Source: Microbacterium sp. NPDC076895
GTDB taxonomy: Bacteria > Actinomycetota > Actinomycetes > Actinomycetales > Microbacteriaceae
Assembly: GCF_040687115.1 (NCBI RefSeq)
Contig: NZ_JBFBMQ010000006.1
Coordinates: 44,488 to 68,487 of the forward strand
DNA length: 24,000 nt
Reading direction: 5' to 3'
The position numbers were made by a program, and so were the translations under genes. The notes below the pieces were generated by a model, which saw only the letters and a program-made list of their open reading frames with translations, ran no database searches and was not told where the DNA came from. Shown here in pieces: positions 5,968 to 14,278 of the stretch; the first letter of the stretch is position 1; each line of letters starts with the position of its first letter.

Positions 5968-8293
5968 CACGGCGCGCCTGCGCGCTGTCGTCGTGCCCAG
6001 CGTCCGCATAGCCGCGACGGTGCGCGGTGTCGTGCAGGGTGTCGGGTTTCGCCCGCACGTTGCGCGAATCGCTGCCGCGCACGGCGTGACCGGATGGTGC
6101 GGCAACGACGACGAGAGCGTCTTCATCGAGGCGCAGGGGACTGCCGCCGCCGTCGCGAACTTTCTGCGCGAGGTGCGTGAGCATGCGCCAGTCCTCGCTG
6201 TCATCGACGAGATGACCACCGCGGATCGCGACACCATTCCGGGGGAGAGCGACTTCCGGATCGTCGAGAGCCGCCGCGCGGACGGCGTGCGCACCCTCAT
6301 CCCGCCCGATGTCGGATGCTGTGACGACTGCCGCCGCGAGCTTCGAGACCCGGATGACAGGCGCTTCGGCTACCCCTTCATCACCTGCACGAACTGCGGA
6401 CCACGGCTGAGCATCATCCGTGACCTCCCCTACGACAGGCCGCTGACGACCATGTCGGTCTTTCCGATGTGCGCAGCCTGCCGCGCCGAGTATGAGGATC
6501 CCCTCGATCGGCGCTACCACGCCCAACCGATCAGCTGCTTCGACTGCGGGCCGACCCTCACGCTGACGGACGCCACCGGAGGTCCCCTGTGCACCGGAGC
6601 GGAGGCGCTCGCCTCCGTGCGACGTGCTCTCGGGGACGGGCGCATCGTGGCGGTCAAAGGCCTCGGCGGCTACACCTTGATGTGTGATGCCCGCAGCGAC
6701 GCTGCCGTCCGCCGGTTGCGGGAGCGTAAGCGCCGTCCCGACAAGCCCTTCGCGGTGATGGCCGGTTCGATCGAGGAGGCATCGCGCATCGCGCACCTCG
6801 ACGCAGCCGCTGCCCGCGAGATGACAGGGCCGGCCCGTCCCATTGTCATCGCCGATACAGCGACGGGTGCCGATCTCGCGCCGTCCGTGGCTCCCGGGCT
6901 GTCGCGGGTGGGCGTCATGCTCCCCTCCGCCGCTGTGCATGAGATCCTGCTGAATCCGACAGACGTCGTGGTGGCAACGAGCGGCAACGTGTCAGGTGAC
7001 CCGCTGTGCTTCCGCGAGGACGACGCTTTCGAGCTGCTCGGCGCCGTCGCCGACCTCTTCGTGACGAATGACCGCGGCATCCACGTTCCCGTTGAAGACT
7101 CCGTCCTGCTCGCCGGTGGCGCAGACGGCGACCTGATTCCGCTCCGGCGCAGTCGCGGGTACGCGCCGCTACCGATCCGTCTCTCACCCTCGTCCGGCGG
7201 TGGCGTGGTCCTCGCTGTCGGAGGCGAACTCAAGAACACGTTCGCGATCGTGCGCGATGACCGGGCGTTCCTGTCGCCCCACGTCGGAGACATGGGTTCG
7301 CTCGCGTGCCAGGATGCTTTCGAGCGAGGCGTTGCGCAGTTCGAGGCGCTGCACCGCAGTTCGCCGGCTCTTCTGGTCGCCGATCTGCACCCCGATTACG
7401 CGACAACGCGGTGGGCGCAGCGGCATGCGGATCGGACCGGGATCTCTCTCGTGCAGGTCCAGCACCACCACGCGCACGCCCTGAGTCTTGTCGCCGAACA
7501 CGGCGCGGTCGGCACCCGGGTCGCGGTGGCCGCCGTCGACGGCACCGGGTGGGGTGAGGACTCCACCATTTGGGGTGGCGAGATCCTGCTCGTCGGGGCC
7601 GACCCGCTCGAATACGAGCGCGTCGCGCACGTCCCACGCTTCCGGTTGGTCGGTGGGGACACCGCTGCCCGCAGACCCTGGCGCGTCGCAGTCGGGCTGC
7701 TGCGCGACTGGGGCATCGATGACACCGGCATCCCCGTCGCCGCCGATGCTCCACCCGCGGAACTGGCTCTCGTGCATGCACAGCTGGATTCCGCGGAGCC
7801 CGTCGGCGTGATCGCGACCTCAAGTCTCGGGCGGGTCTTCGACGCCGTCGCGGCGATTCTCGGCATCCGTCAGCGCATCACCTACGAAGCCCAGGCGGCG
7901 ATGGAGCTCGAGGCAGCTGCGGGCGCCTGCGAGCACGGCGGGCACCCGGATGCGGCAGCCGATCTGCCCGGGCTGGTCGCCGACGTCGTTGAGCGGATGC
8001 GCGCGGGACGACCGGTCGCGTGTCTGGCGCGGCGGTTCCACGACGGCGTCGCTGCCTGGATCGCCACCGCGCTCACCGACCTCGTCCGCTCTGGCCGCGC
8101 CGACGTTGCGGGCATCACCGGCGGCGTCGCACAGAACCGCGTGCTGCTGAACGAGGTCGGATCTAGACTGTCCCGCGACGGGGTCCCGATGATGCTCCAC
8201 CGTCGGGTTCCCGCCGGGGACGGCGGCCTGAGCCTCGGGCAGGCCCTTGCCGGACACCTGATGCTTGCCGGCTCGTCCGGCAGAGGGGAGTGA
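5948..8293 (+). CDS. hypF: Carbamoyltransferase HypF
   Basis: It has an acylphosphatase domain (VRGVVQGVGFRPHV), two zinc-finger pairs (CDDCRRELRDPDDRRFGYPFITCTNCGPR and CAACRAEYEDPLDRRYHAQPISCFDCGPT), a YrdC-like domain (VAVKGLGGY) and a Kae1-like C-terminal domain. The start is ambiguous between in-frame GTGs at 5906, 5948 and 5993. All three overlap or abut the upstream gene's tail. Confidence 0.9.
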   Translation: MAAAGTDTARLRAVVVPSVRIAATVRGVVQGVGFRPHVARIAAAHGVTGWCGNDDESVFIEAQGTAAAVANFLREVREHAPVLAVIDEMTTADRDTIPGESDFRIVESRRADGVRTLIPPDVGCCDDCRRELRDPDDRRFGYPFITCTNCGPRLSIIRDLPYDRPLTTMSVFPMCAACRAEYEDPLDRRYHAQPISCFDCGPTLTLTDATGGPLCTGAEALASVRRALGDGRIVAVKGLGGYTLMCDARSDAAVRRLRERKRRPDKPFAVMAGSIEEASRIAHLDAAAAREMTGPARPIVIADTATGADLAPSVAPGLSRVGVMLPSAAVHEILLNPTDVVVATSGNVSGDPLCFREDDAFELLGAVADLFVTNDRGIHVPVEDSVLLAGGADGDLIPLRRSRGYAPLPIRLSPSSGGGVVLAVGGELKNTFAIVRDDRAFLSPHVGDMGSLACQDAFERGVAQFEALHRSSPALLVADLHPDYATTRWAQRHADRTGISLVQVQHHHAHALSLVAEHGAVGTRVAVAAVDGTGWGEDSTIWGGEILLVGADPLEYERVAHVPRFRLVGGDTAARRPWRVAVGLLRDWGIDDTGIPVAADAPPAELALVHAQLDSAEPVGVIATSSLGRVFDAVAAILGIRQRITYEAQAAMELEAAAGACEHGGHPDAAADLPGLVADVVERMRAGRPVACLARRFHDGVAAWIATALTDLVRSGRADVAGITGGVAQNRVLLNEVGSRLSRDGVPMMLHRRVPAGDGGLSLGQALAGHLMLAGSSGRGE

Positions 8294-8298
8294 GCCCG

Positions 8299-8571
8299 AT
8301 GTGCCTTGCGATTCCGGGCAGGATCATCGACCGCTGGGTCGAGCCCGACGGCGCGATCGTCGCCGAGATCGACTTCGCCGGCGAGACCAAAACGGCCAAG
8401 CTCAACTTCCTCCCGGACCTCCAGGTCGGCGACTACGTCATCGTGCACGCCGGCTTTGCGCTCACCCGCGTTCCGGCCGATCAGGTCACCCAGGTGATGA
8501 GCGCGATGCAGGATGCCGGTGTCGTCGATGCCGACGGTGCGATCGCCCACGACGCGAGGATCGGGCTGTGA
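8299..8571 (+). CDS. hypC: HypC/HupF-family hydrogenase assembly chaperone, copy 1
   Basis: It has the canonical N-terminus MCLAIPG, with the essential Cys at position 2, so I chose ATG 8299 rather than GTG 8290. It also has the motif GDYVIVHAGFAL. It begins 5 nt after the hypF stop. Confidence 0.9.
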   Translation: MCLAIPGRIIDRWVEPDGAIVAEIDFAGETKTAKLNFLPDLQVGDYVIVHAGFALTRVPADQVTQVMSAMQDAGVVDADGAIAHDARIGL

Positions 8572-9212
8572 GCGCCGCGCCTGCAAGCGACCTGCGGATC
8601 GCCGCCGTCCAGGTGGCCCGCGCCCAGGTGCTCGGTGGCGCTGTGCACGTCATCGGCGTGGACTCTTCAGCGCTCTCCGCTGTCCGGGAGGTGGGGCAGG
8701 CCGACGCGGTCGAGATTCTGCGAGCCACCGCGCGATCGGGTGACGCCGCGATCATCGTGGGCGCCTTCGCCGACCGGGACCAGCTCTTGGCCCGACTTCC
8801 AGCATGGGGAGTCGCGGGGATCTGGGTAGGGGATGCGCAGCGTCCTGCCGATGGCGTGGCCACCGTGTGTGTCGCCGGCGACCCTGAGGTCGTCGTGCCC
8901 GGCATCCTCACCCTCGCCGACGACCTGCGAGCAGACCCCGCCGCGCTGCAGCCGGCCATCGTGGAGTGCACCGACGAGGTCTGTATTACTTGCAGCGACG
9001 AAGGTCGACTCGGAGAGGTCCTCGCGGCTCCACCCGTCCTGTTTGCTCCGGCGCGCGTACGTACTGCGGACGGCGAGGAGGATGTCGATGTCACGATCCT
9101 CGGACACGTCAGGCCGGGCGACCTCGTGCTCATCCACGCCGGGATGGCGATCGCTTCGGTGCCGCTGCCGCCCGAGGTGCCCGTCCCGATCGCCGCGGAG
9201 GTGATGTCATGA
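8568..9212 (+). CDS. Fusion protein of 214 aa: an N-terminal alpha/beta domain of unknown function plus a C-terminal HypC/HupF-like domain preceded by C-x4-C-x2-C
   Basis: GTG 8568 overlaps the hypC stop (GTGA). The C-terminal region ECTDEVCITCSDEGRLGEVL...GHVRPGDLVLIHAGMAIASV aligns by eye with HypC. The N-terminal roughly 130 aa is vaguely SIS/Rossmann-like (AAIIVGAFADRDQLLARL...GIWVGD). That call is weak. Confidence 0.7.
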   Translation: MSAAPASDLRIAAVQVARAQVLGGAVHVIGVDSSALSAVREVGQADAVEILRATARSGDAAIIVGAFADRDQLLARLPAWGVAGIWVGDAQRPADGVATVCVAGDPEVVVPGILTLADDLRADPAALQPAIVECTDEVCITCSDEGRLGEVLAAPPVLFAPARVRTADGEEDVDVTILGHVRPGDLVLIHAGMAIASVPLPPEVPVPIAAEVMS

Positions 9213-10333
9213 CCACCGATTCCGCCGCAGCCGACACTGTCCGGCGCGGAAAGAACCGGCTCAATGAGTCGGAGGACGAGGTCCTCGCCCGCATCGAAGC
9301 ATTCCGCCGGCGCCGCCCGCGGCTGATCGACGAGGTGATCACCCTGGCGCACGGAGCAGGGGGGAAGGCCTCTGCGGCGCTCGTGGACGCCGTCTTCTTC
9401 GAAGCATTCGGCTCTCCCACGCCGGGCGACCCGGGCGACGCTGCGGTCCTGGACCGGCCGGCGGGACGCATCGCGATGACCACCGACTCCTACGTCGTCA
9501 ACCCGATCCGCTTCCCCGGCGGGAGCATCGGCGACCTTGCCGTCAACGGCACCGTCAACGACCTCGCCGTCAGCGGTGCGGTGCCCACCGCACTCACCGC
9601 GGCTTTCGTCATCGAAGAGGGGCTTTCCGTCCAGACACTCCGCGAGATCGCCGCCGACATGCGGGCTGCAGCCGACGCGGCGGGCGTGGCGATCGTCGCG
9701 GGCGACACCAAGGTCGTCCCCCGGGGCGCTGCCGACAAGCTCTTCATCACGACGGCCGGGGTGGGGGTGCTCCCCGAAGGTCGCCGACTCGGAGCCGACC
9801 TCGTCGAACCGGGCGATCGCATCCTCGTGTCAGGTGCCATCGGCGCCCACGGAATGGCCGTCATGCTCGCGCGGGGCGACCTCGCGATCGACGCCGAAAT
9901 CGCGTCCGATTCCCGTGCGGTAAATGGACTCGTCGAGGCTCTGCTGGATGCCGCGCCGCAGACCCGTTGGATGAGAGACGCCACCCGTGGGGGCCTTGGC
10001 ACCGTGCTCAACGAGCTCGTACAGGCATCCGGGTGCGGAGTGATCGTCGACGACGAAGCGGTGCCGGTGGCGCCGGTGGTTCGCGGCGCGTGCGACATGC
10101 TCGGGATCGATCCCCTCTACGTCGCCAACGAGGGGATGTTCGCCGCGGTGGTTTCCGCTGAGGTCGCGGATGCCGGGCTCGCTGCCTTGCGGACCCTGCC
10201 CGGGGGCGAAAGTGCCGCGATCATCGGCGAAGTTGTCGCGAGTCCCTCCGACATCGTGGCGGTGCGCAACGCCTTCGGTGGCACCCGCATCGTCGACATG
10301 CTCGTGGGCGACCCCCTTCCCCGGATCTGCTGA
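9209..10333 (+). CDS. hypE: Hydrogenase maturation protein HypE (carbamoyl dehydratase)
   Basis: ATG 9209 overlaps the upstream stop (ATGA). It has ITLAHGAGGKA, an AIR-synthase-like fold, and the diagnostic C-terminus PLPRIC. A roughly 40-aa N-terminal extension is supported by high GC3. Confidence 0.93.
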   Translation: MTTDSAAADTVRRGKNRLNESEDEVLARIEAFRRRRPRLIDEVITLAHGAGGKASAALVDAVFFEAFGSPTPGDPGDAAVLDRPAGRIAMTTDSYVVNPIRFPGGSIGDLAVNGTVNDLAVSGAVPTALTAAFVIEEGLSVQTLREIAADMRAAADAAGVAIVAGDTKVVPRGAADKLFITTAGVGVLPEGRRLGADLVEPGDRILVSGAIGAHGMAVMLARGDLAIDAEIASDSRAVNGLVEALLDAAPQTRWMRDATRGGLGTVLNELVQASGCGVIVDDEAVPVAPVVRGACDMLGIDPLYVANEGMFAAVVSAEVADAGLAALRTLPGGESAAIIGEVVASPSDIVAVRNAFGGTRIVDMLVGDPLPRIC

Positions 10334-10347
10334 AAGAGAGGTCAGTC

Positions 10348-10620
10348 ATGTGTCTCGGAATCCCCGGTGAGATCGTCGAGGTCGTCGATGCCGACGAACA
10401 CCTCGCGTCGGTCGAGGTCAGTGGTGTTCGCCGCGTCATCTCCACGCGGTTGCTTGCCGACGAGCATGTCGGAGTCGGGGACTGGGTGCTAGTTCACGTC
10501 GGTTTCGCGATGAGCAAGATCGACGAGCGCGAGGCGGATGTCACCCTCGACCAGATCCGAAAGCTCGGGCGAACATACGACGAAGAACTCGAGGCCTTCA
10601 TGGAAACGGAGATCGTCTGA
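10348..10620 (+). CDS. hypC: HypC/HupF-family hydrogenase assembly chaperone, copy 2
   Basis: It has MCLGIPGEIVEV at the N-terminus and GDWVLVHVGFAMSKID. The RBS AGAGAGG lies upstream. Its stop overlaps the hypD ATG by 1 nt (TGATG). Confidence 0.9.
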   Translation: MCLGIPGEIVEVVDADEHLASVEVSGVRRVISTRLLADEHVGVGDWVLVHVGFAMSKIDEREADVTLDQIRKLGRTYDEELEAFMETEIV

Positions 10621-11750
10621 TGCGTTTCGTCGATGAGTTCCGCGACCCCGCTGCGGCCCGCTCGCTGCTCGGTGTCATCGAGGCGCAGACGCAGCGCCTC
10701 GGTCGCACGCTGTCGTTCATGGAGGTGTGCGGCGGTCACACCCATACGATCTATCGGCACGGGCTCGAGCACCTTCTTCCCGAGGCCGTGCAACTCGTGC
10801 ACGGTCCCGGATGCCCGGTGTGCGTCATCCCGATGGGACGCGTCGACGACGCGGTGTGGCTCGCGCATCGGCCCGGAGTGATCTTCACGACCTTCGGCGA
10901 CATGATGCGCGTTCCCGGCACCGAGGGCAGCCTCCTGCAGGCGCAGGCAGCGGGTGCGGACGTCCGCTTCGTCTACTCGCCGCTGGATGCCCTGAAGATC
11001 GCCATCGACAACCCCGACAAGGAAGTCGTGTTCTTCGCGGTCGGTTTCGAGACAACCGCACCGTCGACGGCGGTGACGATCGCTCGTGCTGCAGCGCTCG
11101 AGATCAAGAACTTCTCGATCTTCTGCAATCACGTCCTGATCGAACCGCCGCTGCGCGCGATCCTGGATGCCGACGACCTCGACCTCGACGGTTTCATCGG
11201 TCCCGGACACGTCTCGACGGTGGTCGGGACGACGGTCTACGACTTCATCCCCGCCGAGTATGGACTTCCCATCGTGGTGACCGGGTTCGAGCCGCTCGAC
11301 ATCCTGCAGTCTGTCGAGATGCTGCTGGCGCAATTCGAGGACGGCCGCTGCGAGGTGGAGAACCAGTACGCGCGGGTGGTGCGGCGCGAAGGGAACCCTG
11401 CCGCGCTGGCGCTCATGCAGCAGGTCTTCGCGGTGCGCGACACGTTCGAGTGGCGGGGCCTCGGCTACATCCCACGGTCTGGGTACGGAATCCACCCCGA
11501 CTACGAACGATTCGACGCCGAGAAGAAGTTCGCCCTCCCAGGTGTTCGGGTCGAGGACCCGCCGGCGTGCGAGTGCGGCAGTGTGCTGCGGGGTGTGATC
11601 AAGCCGTGGGAGTGCAAGGTGTTCGGCACCGCGTGCACCCCCGAGACCCCGATCGGCACGTGCATGGTCTCGCCCGAAGGCGCATGCGCCGCGTACTACA
11701 ACTTCGGTCGGCTCCACCGGGAGGCGGCCCAGGCCGTGGCCCGCGTGTGA
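10620..11750 (+). CDS. hypD: Hydrogenase maturation protein HypD
   Basis: It has MRFVDEFRD, EVCGGHTH, GPGCPVCV, FFAVGFETTAP, PGHVS and C-terminal Cys motifs (CECG..., CTPETPIGTCMVSPEGACAAYY). Confidence 0.93.
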   Translation: MRFVDEFRDPAAARSLLGVIEAQTQRLGRTLSFMEVCGGHTHTIYRHGLEHLLPEAVQLVHGPGCPVCVIPMGRVDDAVWLAHRPGVIFTTFGDMMRVPGTEGSLLQAQAAGADVRFVYSPLDALKIAIDNPDKEVVFFAVGFETTAPSTAVTIARAAALEIKNFSIFCNHVLIEPPLRAILDADDLDLDGFIGPGHVSTVVGTTVYDFIPAEYGLPIVVTGFEPLDILQSVEMLLAQFEDGRCEVENQYARVVRREGNPAALALMQQVFAVRDTFEWRGLGYIPRSGYGIHPDYERFDAEKKFALPGVRVEDPPACECGSVLRGVIKPWECKVFGTACTPETPIGTCMVSPEGACAAYYNFGRLHREAAQAVARV

Positions 11751-12496
11751 GCGCCGACTCGAGACCGCACGGGGAGCGACTGTTCGCGCGGTACGCGTAC
11801 CACCCGAACGAGAAGGGCTACTGCGGCCCCGATGGCGCACCCCTGCTCGCGGAGGTGGCGCGCGGTGAGGGCGCTGGGGTGGACGTCCGGGGGGCGGCTA
11901 CCCGCTTCTCGGGCGCGTGGCCGTATCTGACGGTCATCGGGCGCCTTCTCGCGTGCGATCCGCTCGATGAGCGGGCGGTGCGGGCGTACTGGACAGGTTC
12001 TGTCGAGGGCGACGCCATCGATCCCGCCGTCTTCTGGCGTGAGTTGCTGGCGATCATCGGTCCGCGCGCCGGGTCGTACTGGGCATACCTTGACGAGTCT
12101 CTGGCCGCCGAAGCGGCTCCCCATCACGCCTTTCACGTCTTCGGGGTGTACCCCTGGACGCGGTTGCTCAGCACCGGTCGGCCCGAGCCCGTCGAGGTGT
12201 TGGAGTCCTGCGCGATCCTGCCTGCCACGGTGGTCCACGCGGATGCCACGCACTGGCGCGTGCGCGGACTGCGACTGGTCTACCGCGAGGGCATTCTCGC
12301 GCTCGATGACTCCGACGATGCGAACGCCGAGCGGGACGTCACAGTCCCCTTCGGCGACACCGCGACGGCCGGCGAGAAGGTTGCCATCCATTGGGGCGCG
12401 GTAGCCGAGGTCCTCGACGGCGAGACCGCCGGGGGACTCGAGGCTCGCGTGAGTGCCCAGCTCGCGCGGGTCAACGCTCGGCTCGCGGCATCCTGA
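11747..12496 (+). CDS. Uncharacterised 249-aa protein at the end of the hyp cluster (I recall it as DUF6390-like), with a possible cryptic HypC-like C-terminal module
   Basis: GTG 11747 overlaps the hypD stop (GTGTGA). GC3 is high. The N-terminus has FARYAYHPNEKGYCGP. The C-terminus has SCAILPATVV ... GEKVAIHWGAVAEVLD, which resembles the HypC motifs. The upstream part of track ORF 10727-12496 is out of frame with hypD and is not coding. Confidence 0.65.
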   Translation: MSADSRPHGERLFARYAYHPNEKGYCGPDGAPLLAEVARGEGAGVDVRGAATRFSGAWPYLTVIGRLLACDPLDERAVRAYWTGSVEGDAIDPAVFWRELLAIIGPRAGSYWAYLDESLAAEAAPHHAFHVFGVYPWTRLLSTGRPEPVEVLESCAILPATVVHADATHWRVRGLRLVYREGILALDDSDDANAERDVTVPFGDTATAGEKVAIHWGAVAEVLDGETAGGLEARVSAQLARVNARLAAS

Positions 12497-13283
12497 CCTG
12501 ATCTGGCGCCGAGCCGTGGCCGGTCGCGCCGGTACGGGGTGGACGGGGCGCTCGCGGATCGAACCCCCACGGCAGCTCGAGGCCATGCGCGCTCAGCAGG
12601 TCGGCGTCGGAGAGGATGTCGACTGTCGAGCCGTCGGCGACGATTCGGCCCTCGTCGAGGATCACCGACCGAGGGCAGAGTTCGAGGGCGTAGGGGAGGT
12701 CGTGGGTGACCACGATGATCGTGGCGTCGAGTGCACCGAGGGTCGCGGACAAATCTCGACGGGCGGCGGGGTCGAGGTTGGAGGTCGGCTCGTCGAGCAC
12801 GATGACCTCGACATCCATCGACAGGATCGTCGCAATAGCCGCGCGGCGTCGTTGACCGAGCGAGAGCCTGCCCGGTGCCGTGTCCCGATGCTGCCCGAGC
12901 CCGACACGTGTCAGCGCCTCGGTCACCCGCGACTCCAGCTCCGGCCCGCGCACGCCGTAGTTTCCGGGGCCGAATGCGACATCCTCCCCGATCGTCGGGA
13001 GGAAGAGCTGGTCGTCGGGGTCTTGGAAGACGACGCCCACCCGGCGGCGGATCTCGGGCAGCGCCCCTCGGCTCACCGGCGTGCCGCCGATCTCCACGAC
13101 TCCGCGGTCGGGAAGGTGGATGCCGTTCAGATGGAGCATGAGCGTCGTCTTGCCCGCTCCGTTCGGCCCGAGCACCGCGACTCGCTCGCCGGCGGCGATC
13201 TCGAGGTCGACGCCGTGCAGCACGGCGGTGCCGGAAGGGTAGGCGAAACCGACCCCCCGCACCGCTACGGATGCCGAACTCAT
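12471..13283 (-). CDS. cbiO: ECF transporter ATPase component (CbiO/NikO)
   Basis: Walker A is GPNGAGKTT, the signature is LSLGQRRR, and Walker B is VIVLDEPTSNLD. ATG 13283 overlaps the cbiQ stop (ATGA). The 3' end overlaps the convergent + strand gene by 26 nt. Confidence 0.9.
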   Translation of the reverse strand: MSSASVAVRGVGFAYPSGTAVLHGVDLEIAAGERVAVLGPNGAGKTTLMLHLNGIHLPDRGVVEIGGTPVSRGALPEIRRRVGVVFQDPDDQLFLPTIGEDVAFGPGNYGVRGPELESRVTEALTRVGLGQHRDTAPGRLSLGQRRRAAIATILSMDVEVIVLDEPTSNLDPAARRDLSATLGALDATIIVVTHDLPYALELCPRSVILDEGRIVADGSTVDILSDADLLSAHGLELPWGFDPRAPRPPRTGATGHGSAPDQVRMPRAER

Positions 13284-13930
13284 CCGGCTCCGCCCCGCGA
13301 AAGCACCGCGAGGTGGACGCGCTCGCCGCGGGCATGGGAGCGCACGATGACTGCACCAGCAGCCTGCGCGATGATCCGCCAGGAGGCGAGGCCCCGAGCG
13401 CGGAACCCCCGCGATTCGCGAGCGATGCGCATCCGCCGGGTCTCCTCCACGATGAGATCCAGATAACGGATCATGAAGCCGATGATCGAGGTCAGAACCG
13501 CGGGGAGGCGGAGCTGACCCAGCGCCTGCACCATCCGCCGCGGCTCGGTGGTCGAGATGAGCACGGTCGCGGCGCCCACAGCGAGGGTCGCCTTGGCCAC
13601 GAGCGCCCATGCGCCCCAGAGCCCCTCAACAGCGAGCGCGAACGGACCAACTTCGATCGTCGGCCCTGTCGCGATGAGGGGGAGCAGGAGCGCGAACACG
13701 ACGAAGGGCAACTCGATCGTCATCCGCCGTGCCACGACCCGGGGTGGCACGCGCGCGATGACCAGCGCTGAGACCACCACCAGCGCATAGACCGCGAAGG
13801 CGGGGAACCACTCGCGGGGAGTGGCGACCACGACAGTGGCGAAGGCCACCGTCGCGATCAGCTTCGTCCGTGCGGGGGCGCGGTGCAGGAGGGAAGTTCC
13901 CTCTCGATGACCCCAGTCCAGCGTGCTCAC
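13280..13930 (-). CDS. cbiQ: ECF transporter transmembrane T component (CbiQ/NikQ)
   Basis: It is a multi-pass hydrophobic protein with the conserved ARESRGF-type Ala-Arg-Gly coupling motif (IARESRGFRARG). The start is GTG at 13930. Confidence 0.85.
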   Translation of the reverse strand: MSTLDWGHREGTSLLHRAPARTKLIATVAFATVVVATPREWFPAFAVYALVVVSALVIARVPPRVVARRMTIELPFVVFALLLPLIATGPTIEVGPFALAVEGLWGAWALVAKATLAVGAATVLISTTEPRRMVQALGQLRLPAVLTSIIGFMIRYLDLIVEETRRMRIARESRGFRARGLASWRIIAQAAGAVIVRSHARGERVHLAVLSRGGAG

Positions 13931-13957
13931 CGCATCGCCCTTATCCGACGCACGGCG

Positions 13958-14278
13958 TCAGCCGCGCCGTGCCAGACGCCCGAGAAGCCACGCCAGAGCG
14001 AAGGTGATGCCGCATCCGACGACACCGACGATGAGGATCGACAGCCAATTCCCGTCGAGTCCTGCCACCGTGTAGTCGGCCAAGGGTGAGCCTGCCGTTG
14101 CGCTGTCTTGCGCGGCGGCGCCGAAGCCAACGGCCTCCGCGACGAACTCCAGCCCGTCGGGGTTCGAAGAGGCCCACACGCTGACGACAGTCGCGATCAC
14201 CAGTGCGATGCCCAGGGCCCAGAAAGTGAAGGCGCGCGTGGAGATCCGGCGCGCCGCGGGGGTGGGCGTGGCACTCAT
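13958..14278 (-). CDS. PDGLE-domain membrane protein (CbiN/NikL-like auxiliary component of Ni/Co ECF transporters)
   Basis: This 106-aa protein has two predicted TM helices flanking the literal motif SNPDGLEFVAE. ATG 14278 overlaps the cbiM stop. Confidence 0.75.
   Translation of the reverse strand: MSATPTPAARRISTRAFTFWALGIALVIATVVSVWASSNPDGLEFVAEAVGFGAAAQDSATAGSPLADYTVAGLDGNWLSILIVGVVGCGITFALAWLLGRLARRG

Noticed and set aside
5780-6940. 386-aa and other long minus-strand ORFs antisense to hypF. The same applies to 10494-11840 antisense to hypD and 8486-9352 antisense to the fusion gene and hypE.
   Set aside because: These are high-GC antisense artefacts. They are low-complexity Arg/Pro/Gly-rich translations opposite genes that have strong family motifs.
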